Source: an uncultured virus (IMG/VR IMGVR_UViG_3300044620_001996) (Duplodnaviria; Heunggongvirae; Uroviricota; Caudoviricetes). From it: 64,000 bases of DNA. The notes below the pieces were generated by a model. It saw nothing but the letters and a program-made list of their open reading frames with translations. It was not told the DNA's origin and ran no database searches. A program made the position numbers and the translations under genes. This document shows positions 1 to 8,477 of the stretch, piece by piece. The DNA lies in the IMG/VR virus record IMGVR_UViG_3300044620_001996. One strand, 5' to 3'. Within the stretch, counting starts at the first letter, position 1, and each line of letters begins with the position of its first letter.

Positions 1-1
1 T

Positions 2-1441
2 GCAAATACTATTTACTTTGATACTAGTTTTGGTAGTGCAACGCATGGATCGTTTGAGTTCCGTAGCAGCAATGCTGGAACTACGCGAATGCTTATCGAC
101 ACCTCAGGCCGCCTAGGTCTGGGGACTAGTAGCCCTAGCACTTCGCTGCACACACGAGGCGCGAATAGCACTACTAATTTTACAATCACAAACCTTTCCG
201 CTCTTGTAACCTTACAAGACACTTCCTCCTCTGCCGGAGCCGGGCCAAAGATTGCATTTGGATGCTCGTACGATGGTACAAATACGCTTGGTCAAGCTTT
301 AATTGGCTCATCAAAAGAACCTGGCAGTGGAAGTGGAGGCGATCAATATAGAAACTCGTTAGTTTTTCACACGTCTAATATTGCTTCTGGCGTCAGGGAA
401 ACAATGCGTTTAGACCCAGATGGCAGATTAGGGATTGGCACTACAAGCCCTGCCAGGGTGCTTTCTGTTTATTCGACCAGTTCGATTCCTTGCGATATTG
501 AATCAAGTCAAAATGACAGCTCGCTCCGCCTGATTACGGCTGGTGGAAGTGGGCAAATTTGCGGTATTCAAAACTCATCAGGTAACTTGCTATTTAATGC
601 TTCAGGCTCCGAACGCGCCCGCATTGACAGCTCCGGCAGGTTGTTAGTTGGCACGTCTACTGGTTTTGGCAACTCTACTTTTACAAAAGCGGAGTTTGTC
701 AATAGCGCATCTTATACAAACATTGTAGTAGGTAGAACCGATGGTGCTTCAGGATCAGGCAGCACTATTGGTACGATTTCTTTTTTAAGTAATGCTGGCG
801 GCGCTGGAGAGTATCACGCATCAATAGCAGCAGAAATGGATGCGGCCAGTGGAAGCGGAGACAAACCAGGCCGTTTAGTGTTCTCCACTACCGCCGATGG
901 AACGAGCAGCCCGACGGAGCGGATGAGGATAAATAACGCCGGAAACGTAATTTTCTCAAATCTCGCCGCTGCTTATCCTGCGACTGACAACGCAGTTACT
1001 CTTGGTGCATCCGGCCAACGTTGGTCTGCTGTATGGGCTGCCAATGGAACTATTCAGACTTCAGACGAACGAGCCAAGACAGATATTAACGACGCGCAGC
1101 TTGGTTCCGATTTCATCAAGTCTCTGCGGCCTGTTTCGTACAAATGGATAGAGGGCAGCAAGCGTGATACTGGTGAGCGTGATGAGGACAACAACTATAT
1201 CTATGAATTCGTCCCTGGCACACGCACCCATTGGGGCTTTATTGCCCAAGAGGTAAAGCAGGCCGTTGACGCTGCGGGCGTTGACTTTGGAGGATGGGTG
1301 CTGACTGACAAGGATGACCCCGATAGCCAGCAAGCCTTGCGCTACGACCAATTCATTGCACCGTTGACCAAGGCACTGCAGGAGGCGTTAGCCGAGATCG
1401 AAGCTCTCAAAGCCAAAGTTGCAGCCCTTGAGGGCGCGTAG
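2..1441 (+). CDS. Tail fibre, C-terminal part (5' truncated), with peptidase S74 intramolecular chaperone
   Basis: Frame is open from base 2. Repeats RMLIDTSGRLGLGTSSP, MRLDPDGRLGIGTTSP, ERARIDSSGRLLVGTS. S74 motifs SDERAKTDI and WGFIAQEV, then a C-terminal coiled coil. Confidence 0.9.
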   Translation, partial: ANTIYFDTSFGSATHGSFEFRSSNAGTTRMLIDTSGRLGLGTSSPSTSLHTRGANSTTNFTITNLSALVTLQDTSSSAGAGPKIAFGCSYDGTNTLGQALIGSSKEPGSGSGGDQYRNSLVFHTSNIASGVRETMRLDPDGRLGIGTTSPARVLSVYSTSSIPCDIESSQNDSSLRLITAGGSGQICGIQNSSGNLLFNASGSERARIDSSGRLLVGTSTGFGNSTFTKAEFVNSASYTNIVVGRTDGASGSGSTIGTISFLSNAGGAGEYHASIAAEMDAASGSGDKPGRLVFSTTADGTSSPTERMRINNAGNVIFSNLAAAYPATDNAVTLGASGQRWSAVWAANGTIQTSDERAKTDINDAQLGSDFIKSLRPVSYKWIEGSKRDTGERDEDNNYIYEFVPGTRTHWGFIAQEVKQAVDAAGVDFGGWVLTDKDDPDSQQALRYDQFIAPLTKALQEALAEIEALKAKVAALEGA

Positions 1442-1452
1442 ACCTACTCACT

Positions 1453-1484
1453 AGACCATTTTGTTGATGTCACCAATATGGTCT
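1453..1484. repeat. 32-bp imperfect palindrome
   Basis: AGACCATTTTGTTGA-TG-TCACCAATATGGTCT; arms match 13/15. Confidence 0.8.
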
Positions 1485-1502
1485 GATCGCCCGCGTCAAG
1501 CG

Positions 1503-1546
1503 TATAGTGGTGGGGCAGCGAGTTTGCACCTCCTGCCCCTGGCCAC
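1503..1546 (+). promoter_or_regulatory. -10 box and leader hairpin upstream of the small-ORF array
   Basis: TATAGT at 1503-1508. Stem GGGGCAG (1512-1518)/CTGCCCC (1533-1539), extended by GTGG/CCAC. Confidence 0.5.
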
Positions 1547-1561
1547 AGTTCCCTAGAAACC

Positions 1562-1765
1562 ATGACCTTTGAAGCTTACGACCCCGACCCCGATTTCGAT
1601 CCAGATGGTGGACACTGCCAACACACCGCTTGGGTAAAAAACGGCAGGGTCTTTTTGTCGAACGATGATGACTCGTATTACGAGCAAGATTTCAAGAACA
1701 GAGAGGAACTCCAGAAGTTTGTAGATCACCTCTGGTCCGTAGCCGATGAAGCCTGGCCAGATTGA
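1562..1765 (+). CDS. Small acidic hypothetical protein (cassette 1)
   Basis: 67-aa ORF; its stop abuts the repeat at 1766. Confidence 0.75.
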   Translation: MTFEAYDPDPDFDPDGGHCQHTAWVKNGRVFLSNDDDSYYEQDFKNREELQKFVDHLWSVADEAWPD

Positions 1766-1788
1766 GTAACCATTACCACTAATCACCC

Positions 1789-1998
1789 ATGACAGACCAA
1801 CAAAAACTTGAATACCTTCTTTCTAAGCTCCAAGAAAGCGCAAACTGCAAGCACTGCATTGATGTGTATGGAGATGATTACAGCCCTTCAGACGCTGGAA
1901 ATTATGACGATACTTTCGATGATGGGCGTTGGTATGGCGAGATTGAGTTTGCCCGTGAACTGCTTCGGCATATTGCTGACCAACCTGCAACCCCGTAG
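1789..1998 (+). CDS. Small acidic hypothetical protein (cassette 2)
   Basis: 69-aa ORF starting 6 nt after repeat 2; its TAG lies inside repeat 3. Confidence 0.75.
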   Translation: MTDQQKLEYLLSKLQESANCKHCIDVYGDDYSPSDAGNYDDTFDDGRWYGEIEFARELLRHIADQPATP

Positions 1999-2012
1999 TC
2001 GCTTCCCCTTCT

Positions 2013-2192
2013 ATGCCACAACTCAAACACAAACTGGTTGAACTTGTAGGAGGTGATGCTGATGGCAAGTGCATCCGCATCCCTGCTTATGCTTCCATCA
2101 TTGCCGTTCCTATTGGAAGGGGCAAGAACTACAGGGAACTGGTCTACAACCAAGACGAGGCATCCCCTCAGCGATACTTGTACCAGCCCTAG
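2013..2192 (+). CDS. Small hypothetical protein (cassette 3; not in the ORF track)
   Basis: 59 aa, MPQLKHKLVELVGGDADGK...QRYLYQP; fills the interval between repeats 3 and 4. Confidence 0.7.
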   Translation: MPQLKHKLVELVGGDADGKCIRIPAYASIIAVPIGRGKNYRELVYNQDEASPQRYLYQP

Positions 2193-2224
2193 TAGTCACC
2201 TTCACTAGCGTTTTTACACAAGAA

Positions 2225-2266
2225 AAGCCTGGCCGACACCCTTTTTGTCAGCCAGGCTTATTTTTT
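2225..2266. terminator. Probable bidirectional intrinsic terminator
   Basis: AAGCCTGGC...GCCAGGCTT stem with A and T tracts on either side, between convergent ORFs. Confidence 0.7.
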
Positions 2267-2267
2267 G

Positions 2268-2492
2268 TCAGTCGCGCTTAAGGGTCTCGTCGGCTTGCAT
2301 AATAAAAGCGCTGAGCTGCTCTTCGTAGCCGGGCTCTGGCTTTAGCTCTGACTTGGCCACCTGTTCGTAACCTGCTGCTTCAAGCACTTCGCGCGCAAAA
2401 GCGATGACAGCATCGTCACCGCTGAATTGAACCACGCTGCTAAAGCCGCATGCGTGACCGTACATTATGTTTAGTATTTCGGCGTCGGTCAT
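2268..2492 (-). CDS. Hypothetical protein
   Basis: 74-aa ORF divergent from the recombinase. Confidence 0.6.
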   Translation of the reverse strand: MTDAEILNIMYGHACGFSSVVQFSGDDAVIAFAREVLEAAGYEQVAKSELKPEPGYEEQLSAFIMQADETLKRD

Positions 2493-2521
2493 GGTAGTGT
2501 GTTAGAGCTTTACGCTTAACA

Positions 2522-3376
2522 ATGCGTTTAACCCTATCACAAGCTTGGGACCGCTTCCTAGCCGAGCGCTCGGTTTCACTGTGTCCTACAAGTCTCACTT
2601 CGGACTACAGCCAAACCACAAAATGGCTCCACCGCTGTCCGATTCAAGATGTTGAAGAAGGTCGGCAAGTATTGACTTGGGTTCTCCAGCAGCAGCCCGT
2701 CCTCGCTTCTCGTCGCGTTGCTATGTACGTCAGAAGTATGTACAAATGGTGTGCACAAGAAGATATTGCCATTCTGCAACGCAATCCAGTCGCTAGTTTC
2801 AGGATGCCAAAGCGACCGCAGCGAGACGAAGAAATCATCGTAATTCCGCGCAACGAGGTCGCACTGCTGCTAGTCGCACTCGAGGCGAAACGCACCTATC
2901 GCTCCACAAATTGGAGTGCCTATGCCGAATTTATGCTACAAACCGCAATGCGTACTGGAGAAGTCAGAGCTATGCGTTGGGACGATATTAAAGACGGCAA
3001 GATTTTGGTTCATCAAAATTTTACGCTAACACATGGACTCAAAAACAGCACTAAAACAAACAAAAAACGCTGGGTACCACTTAACCTTCGCGCTAAACAA
3101 ATCATTGAGTCTATAGATCAATCTACCGAGTACGTTTTTCCCTGGGATCGCCTTGCCTTTCAGAGCTACTTCAGAAAGAAAGCGGTCCAGCTTCACGGTG
3201 CGGGCTTGACGTCTCACGTCTACCGTCCATACGACGCCCGCCATACTGCCATCAGCCGCTGGCTCGAAGCTGGCATCCCAGTCACGCAGGTTGCGGCCTG
3301 GGCCGGCAATACTGCAAACGTGATCTTCAAACACTATGCGGGAACTACCCAGGACTACGAGATGCCAGTGCTTTGA
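2522..3376 (+). CDS. Tyrosine recombinase/integrase (no arm-binding domain)
   Basis: TAMRTGE (Arg), TKTNK (Lys), YDARHT (HxxR variant), WAGN, KHYA (Tyr); only 284 aa. Confidence 0.9.
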   Translation: MRLTLSQAWDRFLAERSVSLCPTSLTSDYSQTTKWLHRCPIQDVEEGRQVLTWVLQQQPVLASRRVAMYVRSMYKWCAQEDIAILQRNPVASFRMPKRPQRDEEIIVIPRNEVALLLVALEAKRTYRSTNWSAYAEFMLQTAMRTGEVRAMRWDDIKDGKILVHQNFTLTHGLKNSTKTNKKRWVPLNLRAKQIIESIDQSTEYVFPWDRLAFQSYFRKKAVQLHGAGLTSHVYRPYDARHTAISRWLEAGIPVTQVAAWAGNTANVIFKHYAGTTQDYEMPVL

Positions 3377-3441
3377 ATCGGTAATCCGCCGTGTTTTTTG
3401 GTGGCGATACTGCTAAATTTGCTGTATCGCCACCTTTTCTT

Positions 3442-3756
3442 ATGGCAACCACTTTTGAATGGCACATCGCGAACATGGAGCATTATACGGCGGATGGCGT
3501 CGTATTTACGGTGCATTATACAATCGGCGCCAATGACGGCACTTATAGCAGTTCTGCGTATGGATCTATTGGGCTTGAAAAGCCTGATCCTTCCGCAATG
3601 GTGCCGTATGCCGATTTAACTGAGGAGCTTGTGGTGGGCTGGGTGAAACAAAACTTTGGTGACGACAAAGTCGCTGAAATCGAAGCCGCGCTTCAGCAGC
3701 AACTTGATCAGCAGCATGCACCTACCGTTGCGCCCGGTCTCCCGTGGGCTTCTTGA
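3442..3756 (+). CDS. Tail-fibre-associated small protein
   Basis: MATTFEWHIANMEHY...VHY...YADLTEELVVGWVK...GLPW, a type I recognise as following cyanophage tail fibres. Confidence 0.65.
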   Translation: MATTFEWHIANMEHYTADGVVFTVHYTIGANDGTYSSSAYGSIGLEKPDPSAMVPYADLTEELVVGWVKQNFGDDKVAEIEAALQQQLDQQHAPTVAPGLPWAS

Positions 3757-3851
3757 TCGCCGTCACGGCATCACTGCTAGCCATCGTCATTCTCGGCTTA
3801 ATGATTTGGCAGTGGTGCCATACTTCTGATTGGCAAGATCGTTACTACTAA
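3753..3851 (+). CDS. 32-aa single-TM peptide
   Basis: TTG start overlaps the upstream stop; IAVTASLLAIVILGLMIW. Confidence 0.45.
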   Translation: MIAVTASLLAIVILGLMIWQWCHTSDWQDRYY

Positions 3852-3856
3852 CTAAC

Positions 3857-3881
3857 AGCCGGCGTCAATAGCCGGCTTTTT
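3857..3881 (+). terminator. Intrinsic terminator
   Basis: AGCCGGC-GTCAATA-GCCGGCT followed by TTTT. Confidence 0.75.
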
Positions 3882-3957
3882 ATTGATTTACCCCGAGCCC
3901 GAACCCATTCTAAGGTTATGCACCCATGTAAGCTAACCTCAGCTCCCTAGCGCTTCA

Positions 3958-4095
3958 TTGGCAACAAAAGCAAAAACCGGCACCGGCCGGCTTGACCACC
4001 AAGCTGGTCGCCCCAAGACCACCCGAGACGGGTACGGCCAGAACAGTCGTCCTCGGAGACGCGGCAAGAAAAAACGAGTCGGCCAGGGCCGCTAA
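3958..4095 (+). CDS. Small basic protein ending GQGR
   Basis: TTG start; 45 aa, ATKAKTG...PRRRGKKKRVGQGR, resembling small RGQG-ending cyanophage proteins. Confidence 0.55.
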   Translation: MATKAKTGTGRLDHQAGRPKTTRDGYGQNSRPRRRGKKKRVGQGR

Positions 4096-4126
4096 TCTGA
4101 GAAAAAGGTCAGCGACATGCCTTGTA

Positions 4127-4378
4127 ATGGAGCACTTCGACGAGGCACCCGTTAGCGCCAAACCCCCTGAAAACCCCTTCAACCAAATCGTGCCAGCTCT
4201 GTTGACCGCTGCAGTGGTCGGCCTAGCTGGCCTTTTTATGCAAGTCGCCAAGCTGGACCAGTCCGTCAGCACCGTCGCCGCCGACATCCAAGAACTCAAA
4301 AACGACTCCAAAGAACGGCTCACCGATCTCGAAACCCGCGTGCGTCACATCGAAATGACCGTCGGCAGCAAAAAATGA
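4127..4378 (+). CDS. TM plus coiled-coil protein (possible holin-like lysis accessory)
   Basis: IVPALLTAAVVGLAGLFM followed by a heptad-rich segment; close to the endolysin. Confidence 0.5.
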   Translation: MEHFDEAPVSAKPPENPFNQIVPALLTAAVVGLAGLFMQVAKLDQSVSTVAADIQELKNDSKERLTDLETRVRHIEMTVGSKK

Positions 4379-4560
4379 GCGTCGTCAACACCACCGACTA
4401 CGGCAACGGCTTCAGCCTGGATCAGCTGGAAAACGAGCGCGGCGAACTGTACTACCGCGCCTGCAAGGACAGCATCTGCCGCTACGCCGAGGACCACTAC
4501 ATCGCAATGATGTATCTCGAAGGCATGGGCTGGGACTTTAAGCAAACTCCCCTGGCTTAG
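4375..4560 (+). CDS. Hypothetical protein
   Basis: 61-aa ORF, ATGA-coupled to the upstream gene. Confidence 0.6.
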   Translation: MSVVNTTDYGNGFSLDQLENERGELYYRACKDSICRYAEDHYIAMMYLEGMGWDFKQTPLA

Positions 4561-4696
4561 CCCCAAAATCCGGCCCCGGGTCCCGCCCCGTCTTCAACAC
4601 CGCCACCGCCCTCGCATAGAACGGGCTGCTGGTCTTACCTGCGCGCTCCAGGGCCTCCTTCACCTTCGCCCAGTTCTCCCGAGTGCGGTCGTCCAT
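4538..4696 (-). CDS. Small cyanophage-type hypothetical protein
   Basis: MDDRTRENWAKVKEALERAGKTSSPFYARAV; start coupled to the endolysin stop. Confidence 0.6.
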   Translation of the reverse strand: MDDRTRENWAKVKEALERAGKTSSPFYARAVAVLKTGRDPGPDFGAKPGEFA

Positions 4697-5835
4697 CAGT
4701 ACAGCCACTCGGCTGCAGGCCTGGCACCGGCCCCAGGAACGAAACCTCCGCCCCCGCGCGTGTCCATATGCACGAAGCCGCGTGGTCGCCCATCGCCCAG
4801 ACCCCCAGTCCACCTGACTTTTATCCACTGGTAGAAGCTGTCCAGGCTCCGGTCCACTGGGTAGAGGTCGAACGCCTCCCCGAGGACGTGCCTCGAGCCC
4901 GGTACCCCTCCCACCTGGGCATTGATCGGCTCCGGCCTGTAGAAGCTCGTCACCCCCAGGGGCCGCCCCCACGCCTCGCGCACTCGCTGAAACTCCGCCG
5001 CAGTGCGCAGCAACCGCGTCCGCACCGACGACGTCGGCCCTGGAATTCGCCGCCGGTCCCACTGCAAGATCTCACCCACAGTCAGATTTGGCGTTACTAG
5101 ACAGTTGAAGTCGCCCCAATCGACATCAGGGCGCATGAACTCCCCCGAGCCGATCACCTTCCGCCAGTGTGGCTCGAACACAAACCAAGTCCCGGCCCCC
5201 GCCGCCAACTCCACCCGCGCATGCCCATCCGCCGGCCGCTCCGTGTATGCAACCACTGCATAATCTTTCCCGACGGGCACCAGAACCTTCTCCTTCTCAC
5301 CGAGCTCGGCAGCCGGAACTGGCTCCTTCTTCAGCCATGTCACATGCACCGCCTCGATCCGGTACAAGATCGACTTTGGCTCCGCCTTAACCACAGGCTT
5401 GCTCACCACCGAGGACGGTGCCCGCTCATCCATCAGCTTGATCAACTTCTCTGCGTAGGTCGGATCTGTCGCGTACCCCTGATCCACCAACGCCTTCGCC
5501 GCATCCTCTCGCGTCGCCGCCCGATTCACACCTTCGTATTTGTCCCAGTCCTTATACCAGCGAGTAACCAAGTACCTCACACACGCCCCGAGATCCGAGA
5601 AGTCAATAAATTCTGCCGTTATAGTTATCCACTTTCCATCCATAAACTCTTTAGTTTCTTTACCTGTTCCAGTACCCTTCAAACCAAAATAATTATGTTT
5701 ACCACTCGTGTGCTTCCCGTAGCCACTCTCAAGTGCCCACTGTGCTGCCACAAGCTCGGGGTATTTAGCCCCAGCATCTTCCCCTGCCTGCCGCACACCC
5801 TCCCAGGTGTTCGAGTACGTCTTGCGAGTAGCCAC
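4696..5835 (-). CDS. Two-domain endolysin: glucosaminidase (GH73/FlgJ-like) plus peptidase M15A
   Basis: N-terminal AQWALESGYG, HNYFGLKG, GYATDPTY. C-terminal SFYRP..N..VGG...SRH..GEAFD...FVHMD. Confidence 0.85.
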   Translation of the reverse strand: MATRKTYSNTWEGVRQAGEDAGAKYPELVAAQWALESGYGKHTSGKHNYFGLKGTGTGKETKEFMDGKWITITAEFIDFSDLGACVRYLVTRWYKDWDKYEGVNRAATREDAAKALVDQGYATDPTYAEKLIKLMDERAPSSVVSKPVVKAEPKSILYRIEAVHVTWLKKEPVPAAELGEKEKVLVPVGKDYAVVAYTERPADGHARVELAAGAGTWFVFEPHWRKVIGSGEFMRPDVDWGDFNCLVTPNLTVGEILQWDRRRIPGPTSSVRTRLLRTAAEFQRVREAWGRPLGVTSFYRPEPINAQVGGVPGSRHVLGEAFDLYPVDRSLDSFYQWIKVRWTGGLGDGRPRGFVHMDTRGGGGFVPGAGARPAAEWLY

Positions 5836-5858
5836 AGATTTCGCGCAGATACTTCACG

Positions 5859-6086
5859 CTACCGGCGCCGCTGCACCTCACGCCAATAGCGGTCCTCAAC
5901 CTTGCCCTGCCAAGCCTGGTACTGCGACATACGTGCCGACGCCCGAGCTCGTTTCTTCCGCAGGTTCCAGTCATAAAAAAACTGGGCATCCTCCACCAAG
6001 CGATGAAGGAGCCCATTTGGTAAACGCTCTGCGATTCGGTTAAGCCGAGCCAACAACCGAGAACGCAGCTCGCTCTCGTCCATCAA
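5859..6086 (-). CDS. Hypothetical protein
   Basis: 75-aa ORF coupled to the cyAbrB stop. Confidence 0.6.
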   Translation of the reverse strand: MMDESELRSRLLARLNRIAERLPNGLLHRLVEDAQFFYDWNLRKKRARASARMSQYQAWQGKVEDRYWREVQRRR

Positions 6087-6463
6087 CCAGCCACAGCCAC
6101 AGACTTACTGGAGGCTTTCACGCTCGCTGCAGATTGCGGCACAAGCCGAATTGCATCATCCTCGATCACGATCTGCAGTTCATCGCCCGGCTCCACACCA
6201 AACTTCTCCGAGTACGTCTTGCCTACCAAAATCACACCATTACGATGGACGGTAGTCATAAACTGCGCTGCTTTACCAGGCTTCTTGCTGGTTTTCAGCT
6301 TTACACCTTTAGCTTCAAGCAGTGCCTCGTGCAACTTACCGATGAGCAAGCGCTCATTACCCTTATCTGTATTGCGCACGTAGCCAGCCTCGCGAGCTAG
6401 CTCGGCTTGATCCATGTCCGCATTGGCTTTCACAAATGAAAGCAGGTCTTGCCCAGTGAGCAT
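6083..6463 (-). CDS. Cyanobacterial AbrB-like (cyAbrB) regulator
   Basis: MLTGQDLL...AREAGYV...ALLEAKG...TVHRNGVILVGKTYSEKFGVEPGDELQI fits the cyAbrB layout. Confidence 0.8.
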   Translation of the reverse strand: MLTGQDLLSFVKANADMDQAELAREAGYVRNTDKGNERLLIGKLHEALLEAKGVKLKTSKKPGKAAQFMTTVHRNGVILVGKTYSEKFGVEPGDELQIVIEDDAIRLVPQSAASVKASSKSVAVAG

Positions 6464-6504
6464 GAGTGGTAAAACGCTACGAAAACAGCGTATCACACAA
6501 AGCT

Positions 6505-8454
6505 CTACTTGGCATCGGCCCAGCTACTACCAAAAGAAGCTTCCGCCACGATAGGCACCAACTGACAAACTACCGAACCCGCGGCTTCCATAGCTCCGGC
6601 TAATGTTTTCGCCCACTTCTCCACTACCCCATCCTCAACCTCGAGAACGATCTCGTCGTGCACCATGGCAATAAGCATCGCTTCCCCTGGCTTAGCCGCT
6701 TTTATGTTGTCCCATATCATCGCGATGGCAATCTTAGCGATGTCACCCGCTGTACCCTGCACTTGCGTGTTGATTCGCGTAGTGTATTTATCATTAAAGC
6801 CTGTCAGTATCCTACGCCTACCATACCTAGTAAATACAGCGCGCGTAGTCTTATTGCCTTCTTGCATCTGCCACTCATAAAGCTGGGGATACGCTTCACG
6901 AAACCCAGTAACAAGACCCTGGGCTTCTTCTATCTCCATATCTACACCATATTGTGCAACAGCTTGCTTTCTTAACGTAGCAGCACCTGCCCCATACAAA
7001 AGCCCGAAATTACAGAGCTTCGCGGACGTACGCTCTTTCTTCGTAATAGTATCAGCACTTTTACCTGTCACTAAAGCTGCGGTCTCTGTGTGCAAGTCCC
7101 GCCCAGCTCGGTACGCCTCTAGCATGCGCTCCTCACCAGATAGCTCCGCGGCCACCCTCAGCTCCACCTGACTGAAGTCAGCCACAACCAAGGTGTAACC
7201 CCCACGAGCGCGAAACAGGCGCCGAAACTCCCCCTCCCGCGGCACTTGCTGAAGATTCGGACCTGAGCAACTCAGCCTGCCCGTCTCTGTCCCCATCTGC
7301 CGGTACCCCGCATGGATCCGCCCATCCGGTCCAATCGAATCCAGCAGTTTCTCAATGTGAGACACACGGGTTACAGCCGCCTTCCACTCCATGTACATGG
7401 CCACGAGCTCGTACTCCCCCTTCAGAAACGCCAGCAGGTTCTGATCCAAACTCGGTGCTCCCTTCTCGTCTGGTGGCAGCAGAATGCCCGCCTGCTCAAA
7501 CCGCTCCGCCATCTGCTTCGGCGAGCGCGGGTTGAACCCCTTGTAGCGCTTGGTTCCAGCGCGGATCGACCCCGAGTCCTTCTCACGTGTGTTTAAGGCC
7601 CCGTCCTCATCCCGCGGTAGCCACACAGCCGGCTCATCCGAGTTCTCCTGTTTGATCGCCAGATCCAACGCCTCGAGGAATGTCGTCTTAAGCGTCTCAG
7701 CATTGTCTTGCAATGAGACTTGCAGCGCCGCGGCAGACACCGCATCAAATCCAAACCCGTTCCACTGCATCCGAGCGATGGGCCGAAGCGCCATCATCTC
7801 CAGCTTGAAGATGTCCCACAGCGTCACCGAGGGCGACACCTCTGACTCCTTCAGCGCTGCTACGAGTGCGGGCACCATCCTCGGTAGACACACCGCGTCC
7901 CGGGCGGCATAGCGGACCATCTCATCCGAGATCTCCCCTGCCCAGTTGGCCTTCTGTAGCTCCTTAGGCAGCGGCACCTTCAGCACACGGCTTACCAGAC
8001 TCCCCAGGTCGTTTTTTGCCCCTGTGCCGTTGTTGACCACCTTGGCGGCGATCATCGTGTCGAAGATCGATCCTCCGAGCTCGACACCTTCCCCCGCTAG
8101 GAAGTTCAAGTCGAATGCAGCATTCTGCAGCACCTTCTTTTTTGGCCCTTCGAGCAGCGCCTTCAGCTGACGTAGCCCTGGTGCATCCCAAGGCAGCTGC
8201 CGCCCGCCCTCGGTGCGCCAACCTTCCACATCGACCACCAACGCATAGTCGCAACTTGCGACTTGGATGAGACGCACGCGATTCACCAGTGGATCCAGGC
8301 CAGTGGTCTCTGTATCCACGCCCAGCGGACCCACTGCCTCCGCGAGCTCGGAAACGCGCCGTGTCAGCAATGCCGCAGCCTGTGGACCACGAATGAAGTC
8401 GAAATCCACATTATCTAAAGCTTCCTTGTGAGCAAGGGATTCATCGGACGGCAT
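6505..8454 (-). CDS. polA: DNA polymerase family A with 3'-5' exonuclease
   Basis: Exonuclease DTETTG, NAAFD, YAARD. Polymerase TGRLSC..PNLQQ, ADFSQVELR, RTSAKLCNFGLLYG, VHDE. Confidence 0.95.
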   Translation of the reverse strand: MPSDESLAHKEALDNVDFDFIRGPQAAALLTRRVSELAEAVGPLGVDTETTGLDPLVNRVRLIQVASCDYALVVDVEGWRTEGGRQLPWDAPGLRQLKALLEGPKKKVLQNAAFDLNFLAGEGVELGGSIFDTMIAAKVVNNGTGAKNDLGSLVSRVLKVPLPKELQKANWAGEISDEMVRYAARDAVCLPRMVPALVAALKESEVSPSVTLWDIFKLEMMALRPIARMQWNGFGFDAVSAAALQVSLQDNAETLKTTFLEALDLAIKQENSDEPAVWLPRDEDGALNTREKDSGSIRAGTKRYKGFNPRSPKQMAERFEQAGILLPPDEKGAPSLDQNLLAFLKGEYELVAMYMEWKAAVTRVSHIEKLLDSIGPDGRIHAGYRQMGTETGRLSCSGPNLQQVPREGEFRRLFRARGGYTLVVADFSQVELRVAAELSGEERMLEAYRAGRDLHTETAALVTGKSADTITKKERTSAKLCNFGLLYGAGAATLRKQAVAQYGVDMEIEEAQGLVTGFREAYPQLYEWQMQEGNKTTRAVFTRYGRRRILTGFNDKYTTRINTQVQGTAGDIAKIAIAMIWDNIKAAKPGEAMLIAMVHDEIVLEVEDGVVEKWAKTLAGAMEAAGSVVCQLVPIVAEASFGSSWADAK

Positions 8455-8477
8455 ACTCGGTTAAATGCAGTGGTTGT

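Larger units (their letters stand above)
1438..2208 (+). repeat. Four 17-bp imperfect direct repeats at ORF boundaries (1438, 1766, 1995, 2192)
   Basis: GTAGACCTACTCACTAG, GTAACCATTACCACTAA, GTAGTCGCTTCCCCTTC, GTAGTCACCTTCACTAG. Each overlaps or abuts the stop codon of the preceding ORF. Confidence 0.7.

Noticed and set aside
2..1441. Diversity-generating retroelement acting on the fibre
   Set aside because: No reverse transcriptase and no TR/VR pair differing at adenines were seen.
1438..2208. CRISPR array or classical integron attC sites
   Set aside because: Repeats are 17 bp and degenerate with whole ORFs between them. No cas genes, no GTTRRRY/RYYYAAC attC hairpins, and no IntI-specific insertion.
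2490..2515. Fifth, inverted cassette site before the 2268-2492 ORF
   Set aside because: Only the CACTA half matches on the minus strand; the left half AAGCTC does not fit.
1438..3376. Tail-fibre shufflon or invertase system
   Set aside because: All sites are in direct orientation, lie at or after the fibre stop, and there are no inverted alternative fibre C-termini.
6505..8454. Modified-base genome or unusual PolA
   Set aside because: Motif B has the ordinary Phe at the 762-equivalent position; no purZ, queuosine-pathway or glycosyltransferase genes were recognised.
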